Positions 35,810-49,889 of a stretch of DNA of 64,000 nucleotides are shown here, piece after piece; position 1 is the first letter of the stretch, and every line of letters begins with the position of its first letter. Both the position numbers and the translations under genes were made by a program. The notes under the pieces are model-generated. The model saw nothing but the letters and a program-made list of their open reading frames with translations, did not search any database and had not been told where the DNA came from. Origin of the DNA: Leucoraja ocellata (Eukaryota); NCBI GenBank assembly GCA_036785375.1, contig JAWMAR010000054.1, forward strand, positions 3,658,001 through 3,722,000, written 5' to 3'.

Positions 35810-36600
35810 CCTTTTTAATTTTTATTTTTAGTCCTGTTAAAAACAAAATGTTTGTTGGAGGTCTTTTATGTGGTGGGTGGGGGGAGGGGAAGGGGAAACT
35901 TTATTTCCTGGTCCCTACCTAGTCGGAGAGGCAGCTTTCCTCCGAGCTGCTTCTTCGCCCCTTCCGTCGCGGCCTACCATCGGACTGGAGCGGCCTTTCC
36001 TGTCGGGACCGGCCGGGACTACAGCTTCGGCAGCGGCGCAGTGCTGGGACACCATCACGGAGCGGGCGATGCCTTACCGGGTTGCCGTGCGGTGAGCTCC
36101 GGAGTGCTGTGACCGCCGACTCCAACATCAAGGCGCTGTGGCTGCGGAGCGTACAGCCGCGGGAGAGCGGCGCTGGATTTAAAACACCGCGGTGCCTGGG
36201 ATCCAAGATCAAAAGAGTCGGAGCTCCAACCAGCGCGGCCTGAGGACTTCGGGTGCCGCGGTCTCCGGGGAGGGAGCGGCCGCTCCAGACATTTCCAAGT
36301 CGCGGAGGAGTGTTAACCCGACGCCGGAGTTCCAGCTTCCCGGCAAAGAGGGCCTGAAAACATCGGACTGGCTGCAGAGGCCACAAATAGGCCCTGACCT
36401 CAGGTGATTCACAGAGGAAGAGGACTTAACCTTTTGTTGCCTTTCCCCACAGTGGAAATTTTTGATTCTGTTGTGGGGGAACGTTCATGTTGAATTCTAT
36501 AATGTGTTGTGCCATTTTAATTTTTCAATGGATGTACAATGGATGAAACTTTATTATTTATTTTATGTAAAGCACTTTGGTTTCAACACGAGTTGATTTA
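35810..36600 (+). mobile_element. GC-rich non-autonomous retroelement
   Basis: CpG-rich body, ttgcctttccccacagtg..ctgttgtggggga, 3' tgtaaagcactttgg; related to 52990-53850. Confidence 0.6.
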
Positions 36601-36727
36601 ACTTTACTAATTTACTAAACAAATCACCTTTGCCACTCATGTGGCTCCGAGGTGTTTGAGTTATCGTCCCCACTGGAGAAGCCGGGATTTTCCAGGGCGG
36701 TGAGACGGAGAGCCAACGTCCCAGAAC

Positions 36728-37231
36728 AAGAGGGAGTGCAGAGACGGTTCACCAGACTGATTCCTGGGATGTCAGGACTGTCTTATGAAGAAAGACTGGA
36801 TAGACTTGGTTTATACTCTCTAGAATTTAGGAGATTGAGAGGGGATCTTATAGAAACTTACAAAATTCTTAAGGGGTTGGACAGGCTAGATGCAGGAAGA
36901 TTGCTCCCGATGTTGGGGAAGTCCAGGACAAGGGGTCACAGCTTAAGGATAAGGGGGAAATCCTTTAAAACCGAGATGAGGAGAACTTTTTTCACACAGA
37001 GAGTGGTGAATCTCTGGAACTCTCTGCCACAGAGGGTAGTTGAGGCCAGTTCATTGTCTATATTTAAGAGGGAGTTAGATGTGGCCCTTGCGGCCAAGGG
37101 GATCAGAGGGTATGGAGAGAAGGCAGGTACGGGATACTGAGTTGGATGATCAGCCATGATCATATTGAATGGCGGTGCAGGCTCGAAGGGCCGAATGGCC
37201 TACTCCTGCATCTAATTTCTATGTTTCTATG
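36728..37231 (+). mobile_element. CR1 3' fragment (young)
   Basis: EGVQRRFTRLIPGMSGLSYEERLDRLG..; tail ttctatgtttctatgt. Confidence 0.93.
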
Positions 37232-37239
37232 TAATAAAC

Positions 37240-37545
37240 GAGAAGTTCTCTCAATGACGAGCGTTCTGCAACACCCTCTCTTGCCGCTCCCCCCTCTGGG
37301 CAAAAGACTGTGTGCATCTACCCGATCTATTCCTCTCACGATCTTGTACACCTCTATAAGATCATCCCTCATCCTCCTGCGCTCCGTGGAATAGAGACCC
37401 AGCCGACTCAACCTCTCCCTATAGCTCACACTCTCTAGTCCTGGCAACATCCTCATAAATCTTTTCTGAACCTTTTCAAGCTTGACAATATCTTTCCTAT
37501 AACACGGTGCCCATAACTGAACACAATATTCTAGATGCAGTCTCA
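37240..37545 (-). mobile_element. Older CR1 fragment
   Basis: ORF 37160..37456 (-) RMLPGLESVSYRERLSRLGLYSTERRRMRDDLIEVYK. Confidence 0.85.
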
Positions 37546-37549
37546 GTAG

Positions 37550-38822
37550 GCGAGATCAGTCAAAGTCAGCATGGATTTATGAAAGGGAAATCATGCGTGA
37601 CTAATTTGGGAATTTTTTGAGGATGTAACAAGTAGAATGGATAAGGGAGAGCCAGTGGCTGTGGTAGATCTGGACTTTCAAAAAGTCTTTGGCATGGTCC
37701 CACACAAGAGATTAGTGTGCAAAATTAGAGCACATGGTATTGGGAGTAGGTTATTGACATGGATAGAGAACTTGTTGGCCGACAGGAAGCAAATTGTAAG
37801 AATTGACTTGTCCTTCCCAGAATGGCAGGCAGTGACTAGTGGGGTCACTGCTGGGACACCAGTTGTATACAATATAGATTAACGATTTAGACGAGGAAAT
37901 TAAATGTAACATCTCTAGGTTTGCAGATGACACAAAGCTGGGGGGCAGTGTGAGCTGCGAGGAGGATGCTATGAGGCTGCAGGGTGACTTAGATAGGTTG
38001 GGTGAGTGGGTAGAAGCATAGCAGATGCAGTATAATGTGGATAAATGTGAGGTTATCCACTTTGGTGACAAGAACAGGAAGGCAGATTATTATCTGAATG
38101 GTGCCAGATTAGGAAAAGTGGAGATGCAATGAGACATGGGTGTGCTGGTAGTGATGAAATTGGCTGAAAGCTAATGACATGTTGGCCTTCATTGCAAGAG
38201 GATTTGAGTTTAGGAGCAAAGAGGTCCTACTACAGTTGTGCAGGGCCTTGGTGAGACCGCACCTGCAGTATTGTGTGCAATTCTGGTCTTCTAATATGTA
38301 GAAGGATATTATTGCTATTGAGGGAGTGCAGCGTAGATTCACCAGGTTAATTCCCGGGATGGCGGGACTATCATATAATGAAAGAAAGGGTCGACTGGGC
38401 ATGCATTCGCTGGAATTTAGATGGATGAGAGGGGATCTTATAGAAACATACCAAAATCTTAGAGGATTGGACAGGGTAGTTGCAGGAAAAATGTTCCCGA
38501 TGTTGGGGGTGTCCAGAACCAGGGGTCACATTTTAAGAATAAGGGGCAGGCCATTTAGGACTGAGATGAGGAAAAACCTTTTCACCCAGAGAGTTGTGAA
38601 TCTGTGGAATTCTCTGCCGCAGAAGGCAGTGGAGGCCATTTCACTGGATGTTTTCAAGAAAGTTAGACTTAGCTCTTAGGGCTAAGGGAATCAAGGGATA
38701 TGGTGAAAAAGCCAGAACGAGGTACTGATTTTGGATGATCAGCCATGATCATATTGAATGGTGGTGTTGGCTCGAAGGGCCGAATGGCCTGCTCCTGCAC
38801 CTATTTTCTATGTTTCAATGTA
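37550..38822 (+). mobile_element. CR1 RT plus 3' end, decayed
   Basis: SQHGFMKGKS, DLDFQKVF..VPHKRL, FADDTKLGG with stops and frameshifts. Confidence 0.92.
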
Positions 38823-39502
38823 TCTCAAGCGTGTTTCGTTTTTTAAATTAAAAGTTATAATGAAATTTTTAATGGGATAGTAAACTTTACGATTGCTAAA
38901 ATAATCTTTTGCCTGTTAAGAATTACTTTTATATTTTTGGATTGTGTTTATTCCAAAGTATTTGAAAGTATGAATACGTAGGAATAATGAAAACAATATT
39001 TAAAAAATATTTATAAAATTCACTGACGCTTTTCTCTGATGCATTTGTGCTCTATATGTTGTTTGAAGCACTTATCACCAATTGCACCTTTTGCATTCTG
39101 TTTGAGACTTATGAGTATCTGTTCGTTTGAAGACCCTGCTTACCAGCGATTCCCTGGTATAGTGGGTGTTTTTGCTTTGCTGCTGAATGCAGGATTCAGG
39201 CCCATGTGTGAAGATATTTCTATATCTACAAAACCTACTGAGTGGGGGTCTGCTGCATTGCCATGTGGCCTTCAGTTTGTTTGTCATCAGAAAAAGTACA
39301 AGCAAACTATGACAAATTAGAAATGATGCTACAAGTCAAAGAACGGGATTTGCACAAAACAAGTTTTGGAGCAATGAAGCATTTTATATGTTCAATGAAG
39401 ACAAAAAGCAAATGCAACTATATAAAGCTAAAAATGCATTAAGAAAACACAATGTAGTTATGGGAACAGCATCTGACATGGAGGCCGAATCATGTGTTGT
39501 TT

Positions 39503-39517
39503 CAGTAGAGGGCGCTG
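39503..39517 (+). promoter_or_regulatory. CTCF-like motif CAGTAGAGGGCGCTG
   Basis: Close match to the CTCF core in a unique-sequence island; an RFX-like half site GTTGCCATGG lies at 39567. Confidence 0.55.
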
Positions 39518-40265
39518 TAGGCTGTGGATTCCAGTGGCGTTTGGGATTCCACACAGCATCAATTTGGTTGCCATGGTGTATTTACGGTATTGGCGTTCTC
39601 TAGATGTCACGGCCGTAGCAGGTGTCTGCAGGGGGAGGTGGGGGTTTGCATTGGGGCTCTTCAGGTAAAGTTGGCTTTTGGTTGCAATTCTTGCAGCTGC
39701 AACAAAATATACGATCAATCAAATATATATTTCTCATTAACACAGTCATAGAGCTATGCCGCACAGAAATATGCCAACTCCCCCATGCTGACCAACATGT
39801 CAAACTGAGCTAGCCCAGTTTCCTCTATCCCTCTGAATCTTGTCTATCCACTTATCTGTCCAAATGTTTTTAAACATTGTAACTATATCAACCGCTACAA
39901 CTCATTCTGGTAGCTGGTTCTCTAAGCCCATCACCATCTACATGGATGAAAATTATCCCTCCCGTACCTTGAAATCTCCCCCCCCCCTCACCTTAAATCT
40001 ATGCTCTCTAGTTTTAGAATCCCTGCTCTGGGAATATGCTGTGATCATCCACTTTCTTAACACTCCTCCTGATCACATATACCTCTATAAGGTCTCCACT
40101 CTACCTCCGACAATCCAGGGGTCAAAATCCCAGCCCATTTCGCCTCTCTTTGTAACTCAAGCCCTCCAATCCCTGTTACATCCCCATACATTTCTTCAAT
40201 CCCCTTATCAGATTGATGACATATTTCCTGCAGCTTGGCGAGCAGGACTGCACGGAGAACACCAA

Positions 40266-40916
40266 GTGTGGTTTCTAGCTTCAGGTTCCTGGGAGTCAAC
40301 ATCTCCGATGACCTCTCTTGGACCCACAATACCTCTACTCTGATCAAGAAGGCTCATCAGCGTCTCTTCTTCCTGAGGAGACTGAAGAAGGTCCATCTGT
40401 CTCCTCAGATCCTGGTGAACTTTTACTGCTGCACCATCGAGAGCATCCTTACCAACTGTATCACAGTATGGTATGGCAACTGCTCTGTCTCCGACCGGAA
40501 GGCATTGCAGAGGGTGGTGAAAATTGCCCAACGCATCACCGGTTCCTCGCTCCCCTCCATTCAGTCTGTCCAAAGCAAGCGCTGTCTGCGGAGGGCGCTC
40601 AGCATCGCCAAGGACTGCTCTCACCCCAACCATGGACTGTTTACCCTCCTACCATCCGGGAGGCGCTACAGGTCTCTCTGTTGCCGAACCAGCAGGTCGA
40701 GGAACAGCTTCTTTCCGGCGCCTGTCACTCTACTCAACAACGTACCTCGGTGACTGCCAATCACCACCCCCCCCCCCCCCCCCCCCCGGACACTTATTAT
40801 TATTTATTCAAATCGTTTGCTATGTCGCTCTTCAAGGGAGATGCTAAATGCATTTCGTTGTCTCTGTACTGTACACTGACAATGACAATTAAAATTGAAT
40901 CTGAATCTGAATCTGA
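40266..40916 (+). mobile_element. Rex1/Babar LINE 3' fragment inserted in an old minus-strand CR1 (about 39745-41300)
   Basis: FRFLGVNISDDLSW..KAHQRLFFLRRLKK..TIESILTNCITVWYGNCS; (GAATCT)n tail. Confidence 0.92.
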
Positions 40917-41654
40917 ACCACCACTTTTACAACTGTGACATGATGTCCACATTTCCATAGTCAATAGAAATAGCCCCTAACCAATGAAGAGAAGTGTGCC
41001 CAACTCCTTCTTCATCCCCCCCCCCCCACCCCCCTTTCTATCTGTGTTGCCACTTTCAGGGAACAATGCACGTGTAACTCTAAGCTCCTGCATTCTACAA
41101 TACTCTCCAGGGTCCTACCATTTACTGTGTACATCATGCCCAGGTTTAACTTGCATTAGGCACTTGTCAAAGTTAAATTCCATCTGCAATTCCTTAGCTC
41201 ACTCCTCCAATTCATCCAACTCCTGTTGTCATCTTAGATAACTGTCTTCATTATCCACTACATCACCAATATTGATGTCGTCCACAAACTTACTATTCAG
41301 GAGGTTGTGTAGCTTACTATTCAGGAGTTCCTCTTCTTGCCCTGATTTCCTTCTTCAGTATAGCCCTACATCTCTTATACTCCTCAAGGGATTCACTTGA
41401 TCCCAGATGCCTATACCTGAAATATGCCTCCATTTTCCTTACCAGTGCCTCAATATCCCATGTCAACCAAGGGTCCTTCATACTTATCAGTTATATCTGA
41501 GCCATGAGAACATGAACTGTTAGGACAATTCTGGTTTTAATCTAAATCACATAACGCCACTTATTTTGTTGTCCTTTCACCATTGTCAATATGCCATTGA
41601 GCACAACTTTGGACCATTGGAAATCATTCAGACTGCCATGTTTGTGGTGTCTCA

Positions 41655-42153
41655 ACATAGAAACATAGAAACATAGAAATTAGGTGCAGGAGTAGGCCAT
41701 TCGGCCCTTCGAGCCTGCACCGCCATTCAATATGATCATGGCTGATCATCCAACTCAGTATCCCGTACCTGCCTTCTCTCCATACCCCCTGATCCCCTTA
41801 GCCACAAGGGCCACATCTAACTCCCTCTTAAATATAGCCAATGAACTGGCCTCAACTACCCTCTGTGGCAGAGAGTTCCAGAGATTCACCAATCTCTGTG
41901 TGAAAAAAGTTCTTCTCATCTCGGTTTTAAAGGATTTCCCCCTTATCCTTAAGCTGTGACCCCTGGTCCTGAACTTCCCTAACATCGGGAACAACCTTCC
42001 TGCATCTAGCCTGTCCAACCCCTTAAGAATTTTGTAAGTTTCTATAAGATCCCCTCTCAATCTTCTAAATTCTAGAGAGTATAAACCAAGTCTATCCAGT
42101 CTTTCTTCATAAGACAGTCCTGACATCCCAGGAATCAGTCTGGTGAACCGTCT
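41655..42153 (-). mobile_element. CR1 3' fragment (young)
   Basis: ORF 41755..42210 (-); (acatagaa)n tail. Confidence 0.93.
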
Positions 42154-43769
42154 CACAACATAAATGTGAAGTTCATACCCACTTCCAGCTTTTTCTCCCA
42201 AACTCTGCACATGAGTCCTCTTTAAATATAGTTTCTATTGTTATTGGAAGTTGCTCTTTCACATTATGTATAATGATGTATCACAAATCTGAATAACCCT
42301 CGATTTGAAAACATTCTGCTCATTTCCTTGTAGATACAAGAAGGTCTGCAGAAGGCTCCTGACCCGAAACATCACTTATCCACGTTCTCCAGAGATGCTG
42401 CCTGACCCGCTGCGTTACTCCTGCATTTTGTGTCTTTTTCTGCTGATTTACTCAGTTGTTTTGACTATTTTACCCGTTCACTTATCTGAGAAGATGGTTC
42501 TTCTGGCAATATTAAAAACTAAAACTATACTGAATATACCTTTAGATCTCCTTTTTGCCAAAATGTCCAACTGAAGCTTTCATACAATGATGGAGTCAAA
42601 TTGAAAAACAGCAGGGAGATGGGTCTGTTGGCTCACCTAGTCAGCAACAACCATCATGCATCCAATTTTACACAAATCCTAATTATTTAACACTAATTCG
42701 TTTTATTCTCCCCACATTCACGATTAACGTTTCCTCAGATTCTACCACTCATCTACACATTAGCGGTAATAGAGAACTGCCTGGTAACCCGCCAACCTTC
42801 ATGATTTATAAACGTGGAGGAAACCAGAATATTCAGGATCCCACATAGTCACAGAGAAATGGTACAAACTCCATGAAACAGCAGCCGAGGTCTGGGGCTA
42901 AGATCAGAGGAGCAGAAGACAGCCGCTCTACTAATGACACCACCGTTCAGCCTGAGTTATTCAGTTGTTGCTGAATAATCAGAAATGGCTCAAGGAGGCC
43001 TGATTGTAGCTGTTGTTCCGAATTACACCACGTATTAAAATTTGAATACCAGATCTATTTCCCAGATGTCAGGTGTAGGCTGTGTTCTGAAACCTGCTCT
43101 AATTATAAATTGCAAAAAAAAGAGATAAAAATATAAATCATACAAATCTGAAATTTTGTAGACAAACTTGCTCCGAAGAGGGGAGGTTGGATCTGAAATG
43201 TTCTCTCTGCTCCTCGTGGGAACTCTGCAATAAAAGAACAATTAAGACCCATTTTAACATTGCCAGAAATTGGCAGCCAAATGCCATGAAATCATTCTGC
43301 ACGTGGAGACCTGACAGCATGGACAGCTGTGATTGTCCAACCATTGTAGATGTGAGTAGGCAATATCAGTAATTGAAGGAAGAAAGTCATGAATTAAAAT
43401 AATCATTTGAGGATTATTGCCTATGGCCAAGTAGTAATTACTGTAGCAATCGAAAAGAACAGCATCCTGCATAATGATTGTACACGTTAAATAGCAAACC
43501 TCACCCAGTATAAAGACTATACCAAGTTGAAACTGAGTCGGTTTTGGATGATATAAGGTTGCTCCAGAGAATAATATGCAGTGAACTTTTTAATTCAGCT
43601 TGTAAATTCATTATCTCTTGGAAATTATTACAGGAAGTTGTCTTTCACATAATGGAATGGAAAGGTATTGCATTATGTTAGGACATTCAGGGATGGATTG
43701 GTCTTTCACAGATGATTAGATACATCTATTCTTTTCCATAGCCTAGTGCTTCTTATAGTCACTAGACAT

Positions 43770-44062
43770 TACTTTAGAAAACAGGCCCTTCAGCCCACCG
43801 AGTCCGTGCCAACCGCCGATCTCCCCATATCCTGTATTAACAATATCCTACATATTAGTGACAATTTTTGTACAACATACGGAAGGCAATTAAATTTACA
43901 AACCTGTACATCTTTGGAGTGTGAGGGGAAACCAGAGCACCTGGAGAAAACCCACGTGGTCACAGGGAGAACGTACAAACTCCACAGAGTGAGCACCCGT
44001 AATCAGGATTGAATGCAGGTCACTAGCGCTGTAAGGCAGCAACTCTACTACTGTGCCACCCC
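43770..44062 (-). mobile_element. HE1-like V-SINE
   Basis: aaacaggcccttcagcccaccgagtcc..ggaaaccagagcacctggagaaaacccac..taaggcagcaactctac. Confidence 0.82.
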
Positions 44063-44111
44063 TACTACTTTTCCTATGAATTGCCCGCCCAGCAAACATA
44101 ACACCAGCTTA

Positions 44112-44337
44112 TGCCCCTATCCCACTTAGGAAACCTGAACGGGAACCTCTGGAGACTTTGCTCCCCACCCAAGGTTTCCGTGCGGTTCCCGGAGGTTGCA
44201 GGTGGTTGCCGAAGGTTGCAGGTAGTGGAAGCAGGTCGGGAGACTGACAAAAACTTCCGGGAACCGCACGGAAACCTTGGGTGGGGCGCAAAGTCTCCAG
44301 AGGTTTCCGTTCAGATTTCCTAAGTGGGACAGGGGCA
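44112..44337. mobile_element. PIF/Harbinger-like MITE, family C (complete)
   Basis: TTA|TGCCC-CTATCCCACTTAGG ... CCTAAGTGGGACAG-GGGCA|TAA. Confidence 0.82.
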
Positions 44338-44489
44338 TAACTCTTCATTCAGTGAAGACATGTTCAGTTCTCTGTGGCAATCTTCACTATGGATACCAAT
44401 ATTTTCAATGTTTATCTTTGTGCAGCGACAGTGTTCACTTTATTTAGAGAAATATGCACCAACACGAGTAATTGGAGCATGTCAGGGTA

Positions 44490-45435
44490 ATGCATCTCGT
44501 AGTGGCATGGAACTATAATGTTGTGGCCATTATGGAGACTTGGTTGCGAGAGGGACAGGACTGACAGCACAATGTTTTCAGGGTTTTGATGTTTCAGACG
44601 TAATAGAGAGGGAGGTAAAGAGGCGGAGGATTTGCATTACTAATCAGGGAGAATGTCACAGTGGCACTCAGAGATGGCACAGAGGGCTCATCCACTGAGG
44701 TAATATGAGGATAGCTCAAAAATAAGAAACCTGCAATCACTCTGATGGGATTATACTATAGTCCTCACAATAGCCAGCAGGAGATAGAGGGACAGATATG
44801 TAGATAGACTGTGGGAAGAGTCAATATGAATGGTGGTGTTATAATGAGTGAATTTAACTTCCCCAATATTGACTGGGATTTCCTTAGTGCAAAAGATTAG
44901 GACAGGGCAGAATTTGTAAGGTGCATCCAAAAGGGTTTCTTGAACCAATTTGTGGATTGTTCAACTAGAGGAGGGACTATACTGGACCTGTATTGGGAAA
45001 TGAACCTGGCCAGGTGTTTCTGTGGAAGAACATTTTAGGAACTGTGATCACAACTCCATAAGTTTTAAGATAGTTATGGAGAGGGGAAAGTCGGGACCAA
45101 TGGACAAAAGTACTAAATTTGGATAAAGCAGAGTATAACATTATTCGCCACGAGCTTTTATAGAGTATATTGGGAGCAGCATTTATGGAGAAGTCCACAT
45201 CAGATATTTGGTATTTAGCAAAAAAGTATCAGAGTTAATCAGAGTTGAGGATCAGCATGTTCCAGCAAGGAGGAGGGAGAAACATGGCAAAGGAAGAGAA
45301 CCTTGGGTGATAAGAGAGGTTGTAAAATTGGTCAAAAAGTAAAAGGAAACATATGTAAGGTTCAGGAAGATGAAATCAGACAGGGCCTTCGGGGAATACA
45401 GAGCAAGCAGGAAATAACTCAAGCAAGGAATCAGA
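44490..45435 (+). mobile_element. Decayed CR1 ORF2 N-terminus (APE endonuclease region)
   Basis: VVAIMETWL-like and VVIMSEFNFPNIDW motifs with many disablements. Confidence 0.75.
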
Positions 45436-45729
45436 ATGGTTGTTAGGGGTTGTATTATGGTCTGGCTCTGGGGTGGAAGATTGCAACCTTCACGTGGTCC
45501 GCCCTGTTTCGACTAATGCAATCGACTCGACGTACACAAATGGAAAATCAAATAGAACAAGTTGTCCAACAACTTTAGGCTGTACACGCCACATGAAGGA
45601 AGAAGATGGTCTGACTCTGACATTTATATTGATTGCCTCCTTTTAGTGATAATGATTCAATGAACCACAGCACAAAAATGCCTACAGTCTCCAATAATTA
45701 GTCTTTTCTTGTTTTCAACCATGTGGGTA

Positions 45730-45800
45730 CATTGACCCCCCCCCCCCCCTTGCAAACGCGCTTTGGGAAAACAGACCCAACGGGTCTGCACTTGGTCTAG
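45730..45800 (+). mobile_element. Helitron 3' end
   Basis: CAGACCCAACGGGTCTGCACTTGGTCTAG|T, identical to the terminus at 18765. Confidence 0.8.
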
Positions 45801-46334
45801 TTGACATGTAAAAATGCATTTACTTACACAATGTGTATATCCCTCATGAGCTGCTCCACAGGTTCGCCATTAGGCAATGCAGAAACAACTGTTTTGGCTG
45901 TGACAGTCATGCATTTACATTCTGATTTAACTAGAAGGTGGCTTTCAGCATCAGCTGTAAGAAAATAGACATGGTTATTAGCTTTCTGAATCAGTAGCAT
46001 TTATAATAAGTGTGGACGTTACAATGTCCAGCAAATCCAGGCGCAAATTGAATGCATCTGTTAATTGGCTTGCGAGTACAGAAAAAAAACTATAAGGTAA
46101 GATAAGATAAGGTAAAATACCGTTTATTGCCGTTTGAACCTAAGTTCAAACAAAATGTCGTTTCTGCAGTTGTACGAACAAGAAAAAAAAAACAAGACAC
46201 ACAATTAACACAATTTACACAAACATCCATCACATTGAATCTCCAAACACCTCCTCACTGTGATGGAAGGCAAAGTCTTGTCTCTCCCCTGTTCTTTATT
46301 CTTCTCCTGATGTTTGTATGTATGAATGTATTTA

Positions 46335-46552
46335 TGGAATTCCCTGCCACAGAGGGCAGTGGAGGCCAAACCACTGGATGTATTTAAGAGAGAGTTAGAT
46401 AGAGCTCTAGGGGCTAGTGGAGTCAAGGGATAGGGGAGAAGGCAGGCACGGGTTATTGATAGGGGACGATCAGCCATGATCACAATGAATGGCGGTGCTG
46501 GCTTGAAGGGCCGAATGGCCTCCTCCTGCACCTATTTTCTATGTTTCTATGT
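46335..46552 (+). mobile_element. CR1 3' fragment
   Basis: Same subfamily as 7990-8360. Confidence 0.88.
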
Positions 46553-48399
46553 ACACAATATTTTAAATGCAGCCTCAGTAAGCCTAGATAATTGTTTAAG
46601 CCATTTGTATTTTTGTACTCGAATCCTCTTGCAATAAAAGCCAACATAACTCAAGACATGTTGTGCCTGCATGCTATCTTTTAGTAATTCATGTAAATGG
46701 TCACGCAGATTCCTCTATCACGCCATTCAATCTTTAATTACTTAAAAAGACGCTACCTTTCAATTTTTTCTACCAAAGTGTACAAATGTACATGTTGCCA
46801 CAATCAGTTCCTGCCTGTTTTCCTGAAGCCTCTGCACCCTCATCACAACCAACATTGCTACCCAGCGATGTAGCAAGTACGAATGTGGAGATGTTACATG
46901 ATATCTAAATGGACATAGAATGTGAACTGTAGTTGCTCAGTCACTCTGTTTCACAGATCTCTGTACCTTCTGGCAGATGAGTGCTGGCCCACCAACATGC
47001 CATAAACATTCATCACAAACAAAGGATTATATCTAAGCTGACGGATTTGTGGTTATCTGGTTTATCTCATCTAAAATAATTTGGTGATAGCAGAGCTCTG
47101 AAAAATTATATAAATTGTTTTACAATACTTAAGATTTAAAAAAAATTCCTACAGTGAAAATCATCATGCCTTGAAGATTTATTTACCAAAAATCAATTAT
47201 GTTTTTCCTTTAGCTTTTACCATTTACATTCATTCAATTTTCCTTTGATTTGCGTTTTGTTTTGTGTCGTTGATATTTTATTTCCCTCGGGATATAAGAT
47301 ATTAATTCCAAAAGTGCTCCGTTCACTTAGTGTTCAATACAATCTCACTGGTATCTTTTACCAGATAGATCTTCCCTAGTAGTGTTATTTTTCAAAATGC
47401 ATTTATATTAAAAATTAGATTTTTGGTTTTAACCTTGGTGATGCTTGCAATTCTTTTTTCAATTTCTTCCATTTATTACTTAACATGCACTCCTGACGTA
47501 GCTCTGAGCAAAGATGTGGTTATCTTATTCAAAAATAGTATTATAATGGCTGGCGTTAGAAACGTAAATGTCTCGTTTTTGGCAGTGAGTATGCGTTCGG
47601 CACTGGGTTCAACTCGCATTGATTGGGTTGAGGTAGAGGGTAGTCAAGTAATAAATGCAAGAACATGAAAAAAATTGCATGTACCATCAAAGTTAACACT
47701 CATTTATTAGTTCATTTGAATTAAATCATGAAATAATGTATTTTGGAGCCTTTGAAACATAGTAGAGTTTTAGGAAACAGAACAGTTTTTAAATTTGCTT
47801 TACATGTGATTTTAAAAATTGTAATAATCTTTTGTGAATCTGACCATTCATTTATACATTTATATTCAACAATTGCATTTTACTTGAATTTTAAATCTTT
47901 TCATTAAGTTTTTTAGTTTATTTTTGTTTTATTTATTTCTAAAAGTCTTAATTAATAGTCAAGGAGGCCCAATATAGCAGTGTCCTATCTGCTTGGGTAT
48001 GGATATCAGTATGGGATGTTTTAGGACCTGTTATGACACTTTGCTTAAATAACTAAATGGAAATAAAGAATCCGAGCTCCTCAATTGATGAGTTGGGAAT
48101 TAATATTCCCTTTCTTTAGATCCATGTGTTACAGATTGACATTGGAACTACCGGTAATCTGGAGTTAATTTATGGTGAGTAGAAACTAAAACCTCTGTAG
48201 CAGAAACTAATTTTAAGTGGTTGCTCAAATTTGGGAGGAATTACACAATTAGTAACTTCTATTTAAAAAAAGTCAAGATATGCCAAAGATGCACATTCAT
48301 GGCCACGGGATACACAGCAAGAACAATGTTATCATTCATAAATCACTGGGACCGCTGCATGCGGAGGCGATCATATTCATCTGCAAAGAGACGGCATGA

Positions 48400-48710
48400 G
48401 TATACGATACAGCATGGAAACAGGCCCTTCAGCCTTTCGAGTCTATGCTGACCATCGATATATCGACTATCACACGTTCTATGTTATCCCACTTTCTCAT
48501 CCACTCTCTACACATTAGGGACACGTTACAGAGGCAAATTAACCTACAAACCCGCACGTCTTTGGAATGTGGGGGGAAAACCAGAACACCGCGAGGAAAT
48601 CCGAGCGATCACAGAAAGAACGTGCAAACACCACACAGACAGCACCCAAGGTCAGGATCGAACCTGGTGTTGTGAGGCAGCAGCTCTACCAGCTGCACCA
48701 CTGTGCCGCT
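48400..48710 (-). mobile_element. HE1-like V-SINE
   Basis: atacagcatggaaacaggcccttc..aacctacaaacccgcacgtctttgg..caggatcgaacc. Confidence 0.8.
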
Positions 48711-49889
48711 CTAGTGCTCGTACAGTCCACAAATCAATTCACATCTAGTCTAATCTAGGCTTGTACCAATGTCTCCACAAACAGTCAACTCATTGTCGTT
48801 GCTTCTCATTATGTAGGAAGAAAACTTCTTCATTAGTTTTTAGTTTTTATACTTTTGACGTTTCTATTGCTAAGAAAACAGGAAATATTTACGCATCACA
48901 TTGAACAATGAAAAATGTCATAATTAAACACCACACCTGCTGCAAGAATTGTGAAAAGCAGAATTGCTGCAAAAGGCTTCAGTACTTGTTTGTTCTTCAT
49001 AACTGGAGCTTCACCTTCTTTGATCTTCCGTTTGTCTTGTGGCTCTACACGAGGTCTGATCAGAGTGCTCACACAAAACGAAAGACCAAAGTGTTTTGCC
49101 TGTTTTTTTGAATTTGTTCCTTTAATTAGCTTCAAACTATTTTCGGTTCCATTTTAAGACATAGCTTTAGACAGAAACCAGATGCTGGATCCGCTGCCTT
49201 TGATTGGGGAGTTTTAAAAATAAAAAACGCAGCTGAAATTAATTCAGACCACAACTGGACAGCTTGCAATGATTTTTCTTAGTAAATAAATCCAGTTTTG
49301 GCTCTAAACAGTGCAAGAAGCAGTAGAGACCCACAGATGAAGTGAGATGCAAAGAATGGTGACAGTAATATGGGCTGAAAAAACTAACAAGTAAAAAAAA
49401 AACTTACGTATTAATAAGGACAAACTAAAAAGTTTAACAGGTATATTGAGCTGGTGGCTGAAGAAATATCGAGCCCTCCAAAGGCAGATGCAAGGGATAT
49501 TTTAAATGCAAATCAGAAAACCGCAGAGCAGTTAAAAATATTTCTTGAATTCTCACAATAGGGATATGAGGAAACTAAAAATAAATCTATTGAAGACATT
49601 TTACTGGGTTTTTAAGAAATAAAAGAAAAGTTATGGTAAAAATAATAGCTTAGAATTGATTTTGCAACAATATTTTTCAGTGTTAAATCACTATTAGCGA
49701 TCTCTGTGAAGTGGCTTTGAGCATTTCTGACAGGAGTGCCTTTATTGGTGCCTGCATGAAAACTATGGGATGATTTATTTTATCAAATGCTGCTGTGCTT
49801 CATGCAGGCAGACAAGGCGTCATTACCCAAACCTCGTGTTACTGCCATATATCCTTACACCTCTGACTTCCTTTAAAGAGTCACGCCAC

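Noticed and set aside
39600-39670. Possible exon ending at cag|gtaaag near the CTCF and RFX-like motifs
   Set aside because: No supported acceptor, start or recognisable protein; a single donor-like match is not evidence
3403-44337. Recurrent palindromes that might suggest CRISPR-like or prokaryotic REP arrays
   Set aside because: Dispersed rather than arrayed, no spacers, TIR/TWA structure of MITEs, eukaryotic context
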